The notes: generated by a model not told the origin, from the letters alone. Positions 49,571 through 60,678 are shown, counted from the first letter of the stretch. The stretch: 64,000 bases of DNA from Oculatellaceae cyanobacterium bins.114 (GCA_033764315.1 JANRJA010000242.1:15700-79699), one strand, 5' to 3'. Program-made: numbers and translations.

Positions 49571-50254
49571 TTACAAATGCCGAATCACTAACATTTGATT
49601 GCCTCCTTTCTGCAATTCATAGTCCACGGTGACAACGTCCACTCGATAATTTTGGGCTTTAAAGTGGTTTATCAATGAATCTAAAAAGGGTGGGCGTTCT
49701 AACATCAACGTTATCAATGGGAAGAGCCTCACTTCTTGGCTCACCCTCAGCATTTCAGTGATGGAATCTTGGTGAAATTGTTGATCAAACTGATCGGCAT
49801 ACAGAAATAGGAAGTGGGAACACAACGCCAGATCAAATTGTTGATTAGAAAACTCCATTTTCGGTAGTTCACCAATTTGATATCTCCCTGCTTTTTTGCC
49901 AATCTCATAATCCTCAACAAAGGTGTGAATGACCTTTACTCGGTTCCACTTTAAATCCTCTGGAGACTTGTGATAAGACCAGACCCAATCATCTGGGGTA
50001 TTCCTGACTTGCTGAATAATATCTTCTAAAACTTGGTTAAACCGCTCTAAAATCTCTAAACCACTGAACTGATAAATCGGATCAACCGAGATAACTGATT
50101 TACCGCGTCGTGTCATCTCAGCATTAAAACTGGCTGGGCCATCTCCCACGCCTAGAATGCGGCGATCGCGGTCTGCCCCAGTCAGGTTAAACATTTTGAC
50201 ATACTCGTTGAGCGATCGCCCAAACGGAACGACCTGTTTTAACACCATTGTCAT
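49571..50254 (-). CDS. Class I SAM-dependent methyltransferase
   Basis: PFGRSLNEY..MF, ILGVGDGPASF, FDLALCSHFLFLY. Start taken at MTMVLK. Confidence 0.85.
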   Translation of the reverse strand: MTMVLKQVVPFGRSLNEYVKMFNLTGADRDRRILGVGDGPASFNAEMTRRGKSVISVDPIYQFSGLEILERFNQVLEDIIQQVRNTPDDWVWSYHKSPEDLKWNRVKVIHTFVEDYEIGKKAGRYQIGELPKMEFSNQQFDLALCSHFLFLYADQFDQQFHQDSITEMLRVSQEVRLFPLITLMLERPPFLDSLINHFKAQNYRVDVVTVDYELQKGGNQMLVIRHL

Positions 50255-50575
50255 AACGGAAAAAGGATAAAGGCTGAAGGATAAGAAGGAAGAGAAGAAA
50301 GTTAAGGACACCAGCAATCAACCAGTGACTAGTGACCAGTGACTCAATTCTCTTCTTTTTTACTCTTTCTTATCCTAATTAAACGGTGTCTAACCGCAAT
50401 AAATTTAACGAACTAACCGCTTTAAAGCTCAGGGATATTCCTGCCAGGATGAGTTACAAACGCTATTTCTTTCACAAAAAATAGTTACAACCTATCCTTA
50501 CTTTACATTTTTAATTTAATCGAGAAAAAGACTATAGTTCTATTAAAGAACGATGACCTGGTCTTCCACTGAAAA

Positions 50576-51124
50576 ATGTTAAGAATAAAACTACTTTCAA
50601 GCTTGGGATTAAGCTGTTTAATTCTCGGTAGCATCGCTGCACTTCCAGCAATGGCAGGACGCTATGTGTTAGACCAAACGCCCCAAACTGTTGAACGCTA
50701 TTTTGGACGCTATTGGACTCGGCTCACTACAACCAATACCAGCGGAAATACAGTCGTAACCTATACTTATTCTCCTCGTCCCTTACAACGTCTATTTACA
50801 GGCACTGAAAACAGTACGTTTAAGGTTGTTTTTGTAGATAACCGTGCCCAACAAATTACGCTCGAAAATATGTGGACTCACGACTTTGATATATCAGATG
50901 CAGCACGTTTCTTTGAGTATGTGTTTGGGTATAGTCCCCCTCAATCTGAATACCGAGAGTTAGGAATTGAAAACACATTTACCGGCTATGGAGAATACGT
51001 GACGTGTCTTGGAGATGGGGTTTTGGCTCGTTATAACGACACTGGCGCAAACATCACCTTTTTTGTCACGTTGTCGTATGACCAGCGGTGTGAACCAGCG
51101 ACTCCTCAACCCGTGAGTCCCTAG
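50576..51124 (+). CDS. Secreted hypothetical protein
   Basis: Signal peptide ending PAMA; Cys pair in the C-terminal half. Confidence 0.75.
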   Translation: MLRIKLLSSLGLSCLILGSIAALPAMAGRYVLDQTPQTVERYFGRYWTRLTTTNTSGNTVVTYTYSPRPLQRLFTGTENSTFKVVFVDNRAQQITLENMWTHDFDISDAARFFEYVFGYSPPQSEYRELGIENTFTGYGEYVTCLGDGVLARYNDTGANITFFVTLSYDQRCEPATPQPVSP

Positions 51125-51216
51125 TTTGAGCTTCTACTAGTTTGAGCTTCTAAATGAGAACCCAGAATTTTAGTAGATGGGCAGTGACGCAACGCATTGA
51201 CTAAAATTCTGGGTTC
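51121..51216. repeat. 16-bp tandem duplication plus 17-bp inverted repeat between convergent genes
   Basis: CTAGTTTGAGCTTCTA x2 (51121-51152); GAACCCAGAATTTTAGT (51158-51174) / ACTAAAATTCTGGGTTC (51200-51216). Confidence 0.85.
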
Positions 51217-51235
51217 AACAAACTCGCGATCGCTG

Positions 51236-53206
51236 TTAGCTGCCTTCTCGCAGCTTATCTAGCACACTCCGGTCTTCGAGGGTTGAGGTGTCTCCAGCAA
51301 CCTCTTCACCTGCTGCCAAAGAGCGCAGCAAACGCCGCATGATTTTGCCCGATCGCGTTTTGGGCAAAGCATCACTAAAGCGAATTTCACCAGGACGGGC
51401 GATCGCTCCAATTTCTTGAACCACGTGCTTCTTTAACTCAGTCTTCAACTCCTCTGAGGGGCTAAATGTGCCCTCTAAGGTGACAAACGCTACAATCTCA
51501 TTCCCCTTAACCTCATCGGGTTTGCCAACTACGGCAGCTTCTGCAACAGCAGGATGGGAGACCAGAGCAGACTCAACCTCCATTGTGCCCAGACGGTGTC
51601 CGGCAACATTGATGACATCATCTACCCGACCCATCACCCAAAAGTAGCCATCCGCATCGCAACGGGCACCATCCCCAGCAAAGTACAGATATTGCCCATC
51701 GCGTGGGGGAATATGCTCCCAGTAAGTCCGACGGAAGCGATCGGGATCACCAAACACCGTCCGCATCATACCGGGCCAGGGATATTTAACCGCCAAATAT
51801 CCACCCTCATCCGCAGGCACCGAATTGCCATCCAGATCAACCACCTCTGCCACAATCCCTGGGAAGGGGCGAGTGGCCGATCCTGGCTTGGTCGGAATCG
51901 CACCCGGAAGGGGCGTAATCATGATGCCACCTGTCTCGGTTTGCCACCAGGTATCGACAATTGGGCAGCGATCGCCACCAATCACACGGTAATACCACAT
52001 CCAAGCTTCGGGGTTGATCGGTTCTCCCACTGTGCCCAAAAGCCGTAACGACGAGAGATCACGAGCATTTGGCAAATGTTCGCCCATCTTGATAAACGCC
52101 CGGATGGCGGTTGGTGCTGTGTAAAAAATATTGACCCCGTGCTTTTCGATCACATCCCAAAAACAACCCGGGTTAGAGGGACGAGGTGCCCCCTCATACA
52201 TCAGCGTGGTAGCTCCGTTAGATAGAGGACCATAGACAATATAGCTGTGTCCCGTGATCCAACCCACGTCTGCCGTACACCAATAGACATCGTTGTCTTG
52301 AATGTCAAAGATCCACTTGGTGGTCATGTGGGTATAGAGGTTATAACCACCTGTCGTATGAACCACTCCTTTGGGTTTGCCAGTACTGCCAGAGGTATAG
52401 AGAATGAACAGCATATCTTCGCTGTCCATTGGCTCTGCTGGACAATCTCCAGAAACACCCTTTTGCAGGTCATGCCACCAATGATCGCGTCCCGGCTCCA
52501 TGTGAAGCGTTTGAGCGGTACGCTTGACCACCAACACGTTTTCAACGGTGGGAACAGCTCCCTCTGCCAGGGCTTTATCGACCTGATCTTTAAGCGGAAC
52601 AATCACATCTTTGCGCCAACCCCCATCGGCTGTAATCACCAGTTTGGCTTTGCCGTCGATCAAGCGATCGCGCAATGCTTCTGCGCTAAAACCACCAAAC
52701 ACAACGGTATGGGGAGCACCAATACGAGCACACGCCAACATGGCGATCGCCGCTTCAGGAATCATAGGCATATAAATTCCCACGACATCGCCTTTTTGAA
52801 CCCCCAGTTGCTTTAACACATTGGCAAACTGACAGACTTCTCGATGCAATTGAGCATAGGTCAGGGTACGCGAGTCACCCGGTTCACCTTCCCAAATCAA
52901 TGCAGCTTTGTTGCGACGCCAGGTCGTCAGGTGTCGATCCAAACAGTTATAAGAAATATTAATTTTGCCGCCATCAAACCACTTGGCAAAGGGAGGTTGC
53001 CAATCCAGCACGGTGTGCCATTTTTCAAACCAGTGCAACTCTTGAGTGGCTAGATCTGCCCAAAATTTTTGAGGATCGGCCTTGGCTCGTTCATACAATT
53101 GTTCATACTCTTCCAAACTTTTAATCCGCGCCTGTTGCGAAAAAGCGGAGGGGGGGTGAAACAAACGGTTTTCCTGAAGAATAGATTCAATCGTGGATTC
53201 TGACAT
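51236..53206 (-). CDS. acs: Acetate--CoA ligase
   Basis: [47 protein letters not shown]. Confidence 0.98.
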   Translation of the reverse strand: MSESTIESILQENRLFHPPSAFSQQARIKSLEEYEQLYERAKADPQKFWADLATQELHWFEKWHTVLDWQPPFAKWFDGGKINISYNCLDRHLTTWRRNKAALIWEGEPGDSRTLTYAQLHREVCQFANVLKQLGVQKGDVVGIYMPMIPEAAIAMLACARIGAPHTVVFGGFSAEALRDRLIDGKAKLVITADGGWRKDVIVPLKDQVDKALAEGAVPTVENVLVVKRTAQTLHMEPGRDHWWHDLQKGVSGDCPAEPMDSEDMLFILYTSGSTGKPKGVVHTTGGYNLYTHMTTKWIFDIQDNDVYWCTADVGWITGHSYIVYGPLSNGATTLMYEGAPRPSNPGCFWDVIEKHGVNIFYTAPTAIRAFIKMGEHLPNARDLSSLRLLGTVGEPINPEAWMWYYRVIGGDRCPIVDTWWQTETGGIMITPLPGAIPTKPGSATRPFPGIVAEVVDLDGNSVPADEGGYLAVKYPWPGMMRTVFGDPDRFRRTYWEHIPPRDGQYLYFAGDGARCDADGYFWVMGRVDDVINVAGHRLGTMEVESALVSHPAVAEAAVVGKPDEVKGNEIVAFVTLEGTFSPSEELKTELKKHVVQEIGAIARPGEIRFSDALPKTRSGKIMRRLLRSLAAGEEVAGDTSTLEDRSVLDKLREGS

Positions 53207-53349
53207 GGTGCTTTGTTTACCTGTAGGGAAGGGGAATATATCGCTGTATTTACCCTTTCAAAACGATACTTTTTTTCATCCTCGCCTTGTAGAGAGTAGT
53301 AGCTTTTCTTTAACTTCTGGGTAGGGTTTATTAAAACCATCCTGTCATC

Positions 53350-53442
53350 TATAGCAATCCCAAATGGGTTGTGAGAGGCGCACCCCCGAGGGGTGCGCCA
53401 CTCACAACCTACCAATATCACAAATAATTTAGGACTGCTATA
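53350..53442. mobile_element. MITE, TATAGCAATCCCAAA family (longest copy)
   Basis: Ends TATAGCAATCCCAAAT / ATTTAGGACTGCTATA; internal hairpin GGTTGTGAG.GGCGCACCCC-CGA-GGGGTGCGCC.CTCACAACC. Confidence 0.82.
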
Positions 53443-53483
53443 TGTGTCATTGTGATTGATCGCGTTTTCCCTTGGAGCAACCC

Positions 53484-54023
53484 ATGACAACCGATTCTCA
53501 ACCATCACCCCGATCCGACAAACTTTGGCTAATTCCCTTAGGGTGTGGCTGTGGATGCCTTAGTTTAGTCGTGGGAATAGTGCTGTTTGGCATTGGCGGC
53601 ATTACTACGCTGTTTGCGGGGTTAGTCAAATCGAGCGGCCCTTACCAAACCTATCAAATTGCGGCTGAACGCCTCAAAACCGATCCAGTCGCGATCGCTG
53701 CCTTAGGTGAACCCATATCCCCAGGGTGGATTAGCCGGTCTACCAGCAACGAAACCCCAACCACGGGCACAACCTGCATCCGCTTTAGCGTCAACGGCTC
53801 TAGAACCAGCGGCACAGCCTATGTAGAAGCAGAAAAAATAGCAGGAGCCTGGAATTATTACCAATTTACGCTAAGTGTAAATGGTCAACCTCAACCCTTG
53901 GTGCTCGTGAAACCTCCTGCCAACCGTCCTGCTTTTTTGTGTCCTGATTTTGATGCACCCCCCTCTACCGCCCCTGGGTCTGACAGCGTGTACAAAAATG
54001 CGCCGATCGCCCCGCTAACTTGA
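53484..54023 (+). CDS. Coa1-like (cytochrome oxidase assembly factor family) membrane protein
   Basis: GCGCGC TM; KSSGPY..A...DP....LGEPI; GSRTSGTAYVEA...GAW. Confidence 0.72.
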   Translation: MTTDSQPSPRSDKLWLIPLGCGCGCLSLVVGIVLFGIGGITTLFAGLVKSSGPYQTYQIAAERLKTDPVAIAALGEPISPGWISRSTSNETPTTGTTCIRFSVNGSRTSGTAYVEAEKIAGAWNYYQFTLSVNGQPQPLVLVKPPANRPAFLCPDFDAPPSTAPGSDSVYKNAPIAPLT

Positions 54024-54969
54024 TGCGGGTAATGGGAGTCATACACACCCGACAGGGTTCTCCCTCGCGGTCATAGACCCACGCCACCTGCCCATAGTTG
54101 CCGTTAATGCCCTTGACATCTCGAAAGTCACTAAAGGTGGTTCCCCGTGCCTCGATCGCCGTTTGCAAAACCTGCACAATGGCAGCATGAAGTCGTTTGA
54201 TATGACGGGGTTTTAGTTTGGCACAAAGCGTCTTGGGTTGAATCTGGCTCAAAAACAGAGCTTCATCAGCATAGATATTGCCAATGCCTGCCACAATAGC
54301 CTGATCGAGCAGAGCGTTTTTGATGGGGCGATCGCGTCCCCGTAGTTGTTGCGCCAGATAGTCCACTGAAAAAGCGGCGGACAGAGGTTCTGGTCCCAAT
54401 CGACTCAGCCCCAACATGACCTGGTTAGGGGCCAACGTTGGCGGCACCCACCACACTTGCCCAAAGGTGCGCTGATCCACAAAGCGCAATTCTTGAGCAT
54501 CTTCAAAAAATAACCGAACCCTGCAATGTTTTTGTACTGGTGAGGCTTGGGGCACCCACAATAACTGCCCAGTCATGCGCAGATGAACCCCCAACCAGCC
54601 ACCAGAAGAATGGGTTGACGCAAGATCGAGGTCAGTTGAGGTTTGATCGTCGCCCCCCGGCAACGCACGATTAGGGGGTTTGTGAATCTCAAAATTCCCG
54701 AAGGTTGGGCGATTTAGAGAGTTAATTCCGTCAGCCAGTGGCATCACCTTCACGGCTGTTTCGACAGACACCAACTCTGCTAGCAGATATTTGCCTCGTC
54801 GATGCCATTGGGCGATCGCTGTTCCCCTGATTCCTTCTAGAAACGCCTCTAAAGAAAGTGGGTGGGCGATGGTGCGATCGAGCAACACATCCCCACCCAT
54901 AATGCTTTGACCGAGGGTGACTTGGTTTAAACCTCGTCTAACAGTTTCAACCTCAGGTAATTCGGGCAC
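53965..54969 (-). CDS. mutM: Formamidopyrimidine-DNA glycosylase
   Basis: MPELPEVE, RRGKYL, HLRMTG, IVAGIGNIYADEALF, CxxC...CxxCQ zinc finger. Confidence 0.97.
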   Translation of the reverse strand: MPELPEVETVRRGLNQVTLGQSIMGGDVLLDRTIAHPLSLEAFLEGIRGTAIAQWHRRGKYLLAELVSVETAVKVMPLADGINSLNRPTFGNFEIHKPPNRALPGGDDQTSTDLDLASTHSSGGWLGVHLRMTGQLLWVPQASPVQKHCRVRLFFEDAQELRFVDQRTFGQVWWVPPTLAPNQVMLGLSRLGPEPLSAAFSVDYLAQQLRGRDRPIKNALLDQAIVAGIGNIYADEALFLSQIQPKTLCAKLKPRHIKRLHAAIVQVLQTAIEARGTTFSDFRDVKGINGNYGQVAWVYDREGEPCRVCMTPITRIKLAGRSAHFCTRCQTQGR

Positions 54970-54992
54970 AACTTACAACACAATAACGAACC

Positions 54993-55358
54993 TTAGCGAG
55001 ACTCAGTTCCCTGGTTAGGTGAACCTTCTTTCGCAGTAGAGTCTACACCGGGTGCTTCTGCTTCAGCACCAGGTCTAGTGTCTTGCTTGATGGCTCCCTG
55101 ACCAGTTCTACGAGTCATAGGGTCAATTGTAGTTTGCTTCCCACCAGAAGGGGTTTTCTTGGCGACAGGTGCGCCAACCTCTTCCACTTCAGCGAGTGCA
55201 AAATTGTTGGTATTAACGCCTGCGTAATTAACTTTGTCAAAACGAACAATAACGGGGTACTTGATGCCACTTTGGTCGATAGAAGCGACAGTGCCCGTGT
55301 CTTTAAACCAGTAGGACTCTTTGCGGAGAATCCGAACCTTAGAACCGCGTTGAACCAT
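54993..55358 (-). CDS. psaE: Photosystem I subunit IV with a C-terminal extension
   Basis: [51 protein letters not shown]. Confidence 0.96.
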   Translation of the reverse strand: MVQRGSKVRILRKESYWFKDTGTVASIDQSGIKYPVIVRFDKVNYAGVNTNNFALAEVEEVGAPVAKKTPSGGKQTTIDPMTRRTGQGAIKQDTRPGAEAEAPGVDSTAKEGSPNQGTESR

Positions 55359-55485
55359 GAGTGTTTTCCTTTCGGGTTATTAAGCTTGAACTCATAACGG
55401 TATGTTGTCTTTCAGAGTACTACTCAAGCTGGACAATTTATTTATCTTCAGCTTTAAGTTTTATTGCTAGTTGTGACTATCTTGG

Positions 55486-56109
55486 TTACTTGCTGAGAAG
55501 CTCAACCCAACGCACCTGAACAAAGTGGACTGGACGACCCCAGCGATCGCGACTACTGCTAATTTCCTCAATTGCCAAATTAAACGGGATCGAAGTCGTA
55601 ACATATTGTTGCACTATCGCCCCTAAGTCAGGAGCCAATTGAGCACCCGCGATCGCCGCAATCCCTAAACCTGCCAACTGCTCAATCGGACCTTTAGGAA
55701 TCAGCCAGGTAATGCCAACTGCCAATCCAGCAGTCAACAACATGCCCACTGACAAGTTCGTTCCACAACGCGGGTGCACCGCTAAATCCCACTCCCCTTG
55801 AGTCAACCGCTTCAAGGCAAGGTGAGCCGCCCGATGTAGCTCTGTCACATCAACTGCGCCATACAGATAAAATCCCTGATCGGTAGACATTCCACCCATT
55901 AACCCACTGGCAGCTGCTGTTTGAGCTGAAGACGATTCATCCAACATCCAAACCGTGGCGTGCTCTAACGCGTGTACCTGGCGCAGCATTAACAGCTCTT
56001 TTAAGCCAGGCACAAAGCTAAGTTGCTGAAGCAGCTCTGTATCTTGAGCAAGATGGGGTGAAAAGTCGAAGGGTAATGAACTGGATGGGGAGTTGGCAGA
56101 ATAAACCAT
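55486..56109 (-). CDS. DUF6391-like membrane protein
   Basis: RQVHALEHAT (HxxEH), LAVHPRCGTN. Confidence 0.75.
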   Translation of the reverse strand: MVYSANSPSSSLPFDFSPHLAQDTELLQQLSFVPGLKELLMLRQVHALEHATVWMLDESSSAQTAAASGLMGGMSTDQGFYLYGAVDVTELHRAAHLALKRLTQGEWDLAVHPRCGTNLSVGMLLTAGLAVGITWLIPKGPIEQLAGLGIAAIAGAQLAPDLGAIVQQYVTTSIPFNLAIEEISSSRDRWGRPVHFVQVRWVELLSK

Positions 56110-56353
56110 GACACCACTCCTATGACAACACTAGAGGTTAGATAGCAAAGACTCACTAGAATGACGCTCAACTGCATCGCAAACATTCCAGCAATCGTTG
56201 CATCTTTCAACTCTAGCGAAGCTCTAGAGTTGTGCTTACTTTGTCACAATTATTCAAAGCCAATATTTAGCCAATAACTAAAGCCAGCAGACTCCGTTCA
56301 AACAGGGCCTACTGGCAGAATTATTAATTGGCAGTATTGATTGGCAGAATTAT

Positions 56354-57106
56354 TTACTGGCGAGATGAGGCGATCGCCGCCGCCGCTGGCACACCAGGAG
56401 CAGAAGGCGCGCCCCCTGACCCAACGGATGTCACCACTTCAATTCCGTTTTCCTCAAAAACCACTACAGGCTCAGCCTGATTCATGTCGATTCGCTTCAC
56501 TAAAATCTGTCCATTTGACAGATACTGTCCTGCTCTGACATAGCGACTGGTTGGCTCATTCGGGGCTTGGACGATGGCGTGTACCGTATTGCCAATCTGC
56601 ACTACTCCTGTCACCTGCACGGCTCGTGCCAAGTCAGCTTGAGGAGGAGGGGGAACTATCTCAGCAGGCTCTAGTGAAGAAGGAGGAAGGGAACCACCAT
56701 TAGAACTAGAGTTGCTACCTGGGGCAAGCGGTGCTGGAGGAGCCACAGGTGATTGCTCATTCGTTGTAGCCGTCCGCTCAACGACAGGGGTGGTAGGCAA
56801 CAGTGCAAAAGGGTCAGGACGATTGCGTTGAATTCCGCGGAGACGCTGATCAGGATCAGTAGAGCTGATCAGATCTGGAGGAAGGGTTCCGGTTGGCGAA
56901 TTAGGTGACGCGGCTGTTGTGGGTTGCCCAAAAGGTTGCGCCCCTGGTGCTTGGGCGGCTGGAGGTTGTGCCCCCGGAACAGGACTGGCAGGAATCGGAA
57001 CCGCACTTGGAGGTTGCCCAACAGACGGGTCGGTCGGAGCACCGCCACATCCCCCGATCCATAGGGCTAGTAGTCCTGCTGTTGCAAACAATGAAACGTG
57101 ACGCAT
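56354..57106 (-). CDS. Pro-rich lipoprotein with a PilP/GspC-like C-terminal domain
   Basis: IGG-C lipobox; RPDPF; VQVTGVVQIGNTVHAIV...RYVRAGQYL. Confidence 0.65.
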   Translation of the reverse strand: MRHVSLFATAGLLALWIGGCGGAPTDPSVGQPPSAVPIPASPVPGAQPPAAQAPGAQPFGQPTTAASPNSPTGTLPPDLISSTDPDQRLRGIQRNRPDPFALLPTTPVVERTATTNEQSPVAPPAPLAPGSNSSSNGGSLPPSSLEPAEIVPPPPQADLARAVQVTGVVQIGNTVHAIVQAPNEPTSRYVRAGQYLSNGQILVKRIDMNQAEPVVVFEENGIEVVTSVGSGGAPSAPGVPAAAAIASSRQ

Positions 57107-57562
57107 AACCAGTCCCCCCCACAAAAAAGATAGCTATAGAATAATCCAGATCCGTACAAATGATCTCAGGAGACTACGGAATCCACATATCATAACTGAT
57201 ACTGGTTGACAATACACACAATTTAGAGCCACCCAGATGATTTTATGGTCATCCCATCGTCCTTCAAGTCATTTTTGAGTTATTAACCAACACCATCAAG
57301 GCTATTCATTACCATGCTGATTGTCATGAGTGACCCATAGTGTTGGTTTGATGGTTGAGTTTGATCACTTGGCTTGTTCGATCGACTTGTTCAACCTAAT
57401 CGTATGGTGCCCTATCAACCTTTTCCATCAAAACACTTAATCCATCAAGAACAACACCCTGTTCATCCAAATTTTTATAAATCATTTTATAGCTGTTCTA
57501 AAAAGAGCAAGCCCTTTCATCACATTATTTAGAATCGCACTATAGAGAAATGATCACGAGTT

Positions 57563-58381
57563 ATGATGCCAGCCCATTATGTTCTAACTCTTCTGACTGA
57601 TTTTGGCGATCGCGATGTCTATGTAGGAGTCATGAAAGGGGCGATCGCTCACGTTAACCCTCAACTCACTGTGATTGATTTAACCCATCACATTCCTCCT
57701 CAAAATTTGGCCGCTGCTCGGTTTAATTTAATGAATGCTTACCCCTATTTCCCGGTTCCCACCGTTCATGTTGCAGTGGTTGATCCAGGAGTAGGAAGCC
57801 AGCGTCGAGCGATCGCCATTCAATTAGCTAATGGTTTCTTGGTGGGGCCTGACAACGGCATTTTCAGCGGAGTTCTCGATCATTTTCCGGCGATCGCCGC
57901 AATCGAGTTAAGCAATACTGACTACTGGCGCACTGCATCACCCAGTGCAACTTTTCAGGGTCGCGATATCTTTGCACCCGTTGGTGCTCATCTGGCAAGT
58001 GGCATTCCCCTAAAAAACTTAGGAAGCCCCATTGATCCCGCGACTCTGGTTTATTTACCCATTGCCCCTGCCACAAAAACGTCCTTTGGGTTCCAAGGCT
58101 CTATCCAATACGTGGATCACTTTGGCAATTCAGTCACTAATATCTCTGCAAACTGCCTCCAAAATCAGCCCTGGTTTCTCCGCATCCACTCGCAAACAAT
58201 TCCCAGTCATCAGACCTATACCGATGTTGAGCCGGGGCATTCGTTAGCACTGATTGGCAGTCATAATTGGGTGGAAATTGCTATCAATCGAGGTAACGCC
58301 GCCGCCCAACTACACCTTCAAGTAGGCGATCGCGTCGAAATCTATTTTACAACTCTTGCATCAGATGCAAGCCTGATTTAA
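57563..58381 (+). CDS. DUF62 family SAM hydrolase / SAM-dependent halogenase superfamily protein
   Basis: TLLTDFG, VAVVDPGVGSQRR, GPDNG, SATFQGRDIFAP, YVDHFGN, EIAINRGNAA. Confidence 0.92.
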   Translation: MMPAHYVLTLLTDFGDRDVYVGVMKGAIAHVNPQLTVIDLTHHIPPQNLAAARFNLMNAYPYFPVPTVHVAVVDPGVGSQRRAIAIQLANGFLVGPDNGIFSGVLDHFPAIAAIELSNTDYWRTASPSATFQGRDIFAPVGAHLASGIPLKNLGSPIDPATLVYLPIAPATKTSFGFQGSIQYVDHFGNSVTNISANCLQNQPWFLRIHSQTIPSHQTYTDVEPGHSLALIGSHNWVEIAINRGNAAAQLHLQVGDRVEIYFTTLASDASLI

Positions 58382-60098
58382 GACAACGCTCTAAATAAAT
58401 TCGAGCCACTTTGTCGTGGGGGTTCTGGTCTAAGCAAGTCTCCAACAAACGGGTGGCATCCCGATATCGTCTTTCATTAAAGAGTGACAGTGCTTCCGTT
58501 AAAAGTTTTGCTGTTAACAGTTTGCCATCCCGCAATTCAGGAGGGTCTGCGTCAAACACTTCATAAACAGTAACTGGTTCTAGTTTGCCTTTGACCTTGA
58601 CCTGATCAATCATGCGAATAGAGTACTGTTCAGGATTATGTAATCGGGTCAGAGTCTGTTGACTAATCAACAATGTCACTTCATATTCACGAGTCAATTT
58701 TTCAATGCGAGCTGACAAATTAACGGCATCACTGATGACGGTGCTATCCATTCGATTAGCCCCGCCTACCGTCCCTAACATGAGTGAGCCTGTATTAATG
58801 CCAATACCAATTTTGATTTGAGGTTGACCAAAACTGACCCGATCTTGATTGTATTCTGTCAGTCTTTGAACCATTGCGATCGCCGCATTGACTGCATCAT
58901 TCACCTCTCCATTAAATAACGCCATAATGGAGTCACCAATATATTTATCAATAAAGCCATTATTCTCAGTAATAGCCGACTCCATGTGACTGAAATAGGA
59001 GTTAATAAACTTAAAATTCTCCTTAGGAGTCATCTGCTCTGATAGTGTTGTAAAGTCACAGATATCGGCAAACAAAACTGACATTTCTAGTTGAATTTGA
59101 TCTCCCAATTCAACGTCTACAATGCTAGTTTTTCCTAAAAACTGGAGAAATTCTTTTGGCACAAATCGACTATAGGCTTGTGTTAGTTCAATTTGGTTTT
59201 GTAGTAATTTCTCTAAATGCTGAGAGTTTTTTGATTCTGTTGTGAATTGAGCAATCAGATCAGCATATTTTTGTTCTAATTGATCGACTTTAGCCGTTGC
59301 TCCCCACTGCGAATAGGTAGAGTAAGCATCAGCCATGTAAGTCTTAGCAACTTTAGTTCTCCCTAGACTCAAATAAAACTTAGCCGCTAATTCATTAGCG
59401 AGAGCTTGGTCTTTCACAAATCCATCATCTTGGGCAGAGGCGATCGCCTGGTCATACAATTCCATCGACTCCAATGCATTTCCTGAGAAGCGATTCATCT
59501 CAGCAGAAATTAGCAAATACTTATGATAACAACCCTCCACCTGATCATCTGATAACTGCTTAAAATAGTTTAGATTTCGTGATAAATTAACTTGATATTC
59601 TTTCCTTATCTCTTCTGTCGCTTCTAAATAAAGAGCAGCCAAACTCAACGAATAATAGAAATAATATTCTGCTAGTTCTAAGATATTTGAAAGTGATTGG
59701 ACAGTCTCCTTTAGAACTTCTGCTATTTCTAATGCATGCGCATACTCTTCGAGTAAATAAAAACGTTGTAACTCAGTAATGTGATAGAGATAAAAAGCAT
59801 CATTAGGCGATTTTCTAGTCGCCAATTCAACTGGATCTAGAGACCAATCATCACTATTGAAATCCATTGCAGAATTATCTAATCCCTTTAAAGCAAGAAT
59901 CGCTCTTTGAAGCATGAGACGGATTTCATTATCAGCTCTACTAACAAAATTGTCTTTCGCTTGGGCAAAGCAAGAATTCACCTCTTTAGATTGCTCATAG
60001 AGTATGTCTAAATTACTGCTTTTAATGAACATTTCTGATGTTAAAACATCACTCGTGTTTGCAGAAGATTGAGATTTGTTAGAGGTGTTGCCACTCAA
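58347..60098 (-). CDS. Class III adenylate cyclase with a TPR-like N-terminal region
   Basis: VLFADICDFT, DKYIGDSIMA, GIGINTG, STVISDAVNLSARIE, VKGK. Start uncertain. Confidence 0.88.
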   Translation of the reverse strand: MSGNTSNKSQSSANTSDVLTSEMFIKSSNLDILYEQSKEVNSCFAQAKDNFVSRADNEIRLMLQRAILALKGLDNSAMDFNSDDWSLDPVELATRKSPNDAFYLYHITELQRFYLLEEYAHALEIAEVLKETVQSLSNILELAEYYFYYSLSLAALYLEATEEIRKEYQVNLSRNLNYFKQLSDDQVEGCYHKYLLISAEMNRFSGNALESMELYDQAIASAQDDGFVKDQALANELAAKFYLSLGRTKVAKTYMADAYSTYSQWGATAKVDQLEQKYADLIAQFTTESKNSQHLEKLLQNQIELTQAYSRFVPKEFLQFLGKTSIVDVELGDQIQLEMSVLFADICDFTTLSEQMTPKENFKFINSYFSHMESAITENNGFIDKYIGDSIMALFNGEVNDAVNAAIAMVQRLTEYNQDRVSFGQPQIKIGIGINTGSLMLGTVGGANRMDSTVISDAVNLSARIEKLTREYEVTLLISQQTLTRLHNPEQYSIRMIDQVKVKGKLEPVTVYEVFDADPPELRDGKLLTAKLLTEALSLFNERRYRDATRLLETCLDQNPHDKVARIYLERCLKSGLHLMQEL

Positions 60099-60678
60099 AA
60101 ATTTTTCCTTAAAATTAATCTCTTCTGGACATCGTTAATCAACAAAAGCCCTAGACTTAGACGCAAATTTTTGCTTGAAAGCCATTCTAATGGGAGGCTA
60201 AGAACCCTAAACCCGTGTCACTCAAGATCAAACTCTCATAAAACCATGACTAAAGCACCTAAAACATTGCAGGTTTAATTTTGAGTTGACGTCATACTGT
60301 GAAATTTGTAGGGACTTTCACAACCCATTTAAATTAGGCATGAAGTTACCTAATCCATACAGATATGGTTTACAAAAATCCGGGCAACCCTGGAAAAGCC
60401 AGTCGTTGAAAACACAGGTTGAAGATGCAGAACGATCGCTTCTCTAAAACATCCCTGATATCTGAAGAGAAGCCAAAATCAGGACGCAAGACGATTGACT
60501 ATACGTTAAAGAGTAACTGATCCAACGTTAAGTTCAACAGGTCTTGACTCAAAAATTACCTTAGACTGGCTCACATCATTGTTACCCAAATAGCCAAATC
60601 AAGATAGTGCCTTGAGACTAAAGACACAACTGCTCAAGCAGGACTGCTCAAGCTTAAATAGGAAGGCAGAATGGTTGG

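Noticed and set aside
47566-51124. tRNA-anchored genomic island
   Set aside because: No integrase, and I saw no duplicated tRNA 3' end in the window.
53050-53508. 152-aa minus-strand ORF
   Set aside because: Runs through a MITE and overlaps acs out of frame; no recognisable motif.
57488-57544. Additional TATAGC-type MITE
   Set aside because: Ends are only weakly complementary, so it is not listed as a feature.
57563-58381. Fluorinase/chlorinase of a halometabolite cluster
   Set aside because: No biosynthetic neighbours; stand-alone DUF62 proteins are usually SAM hydrolases.
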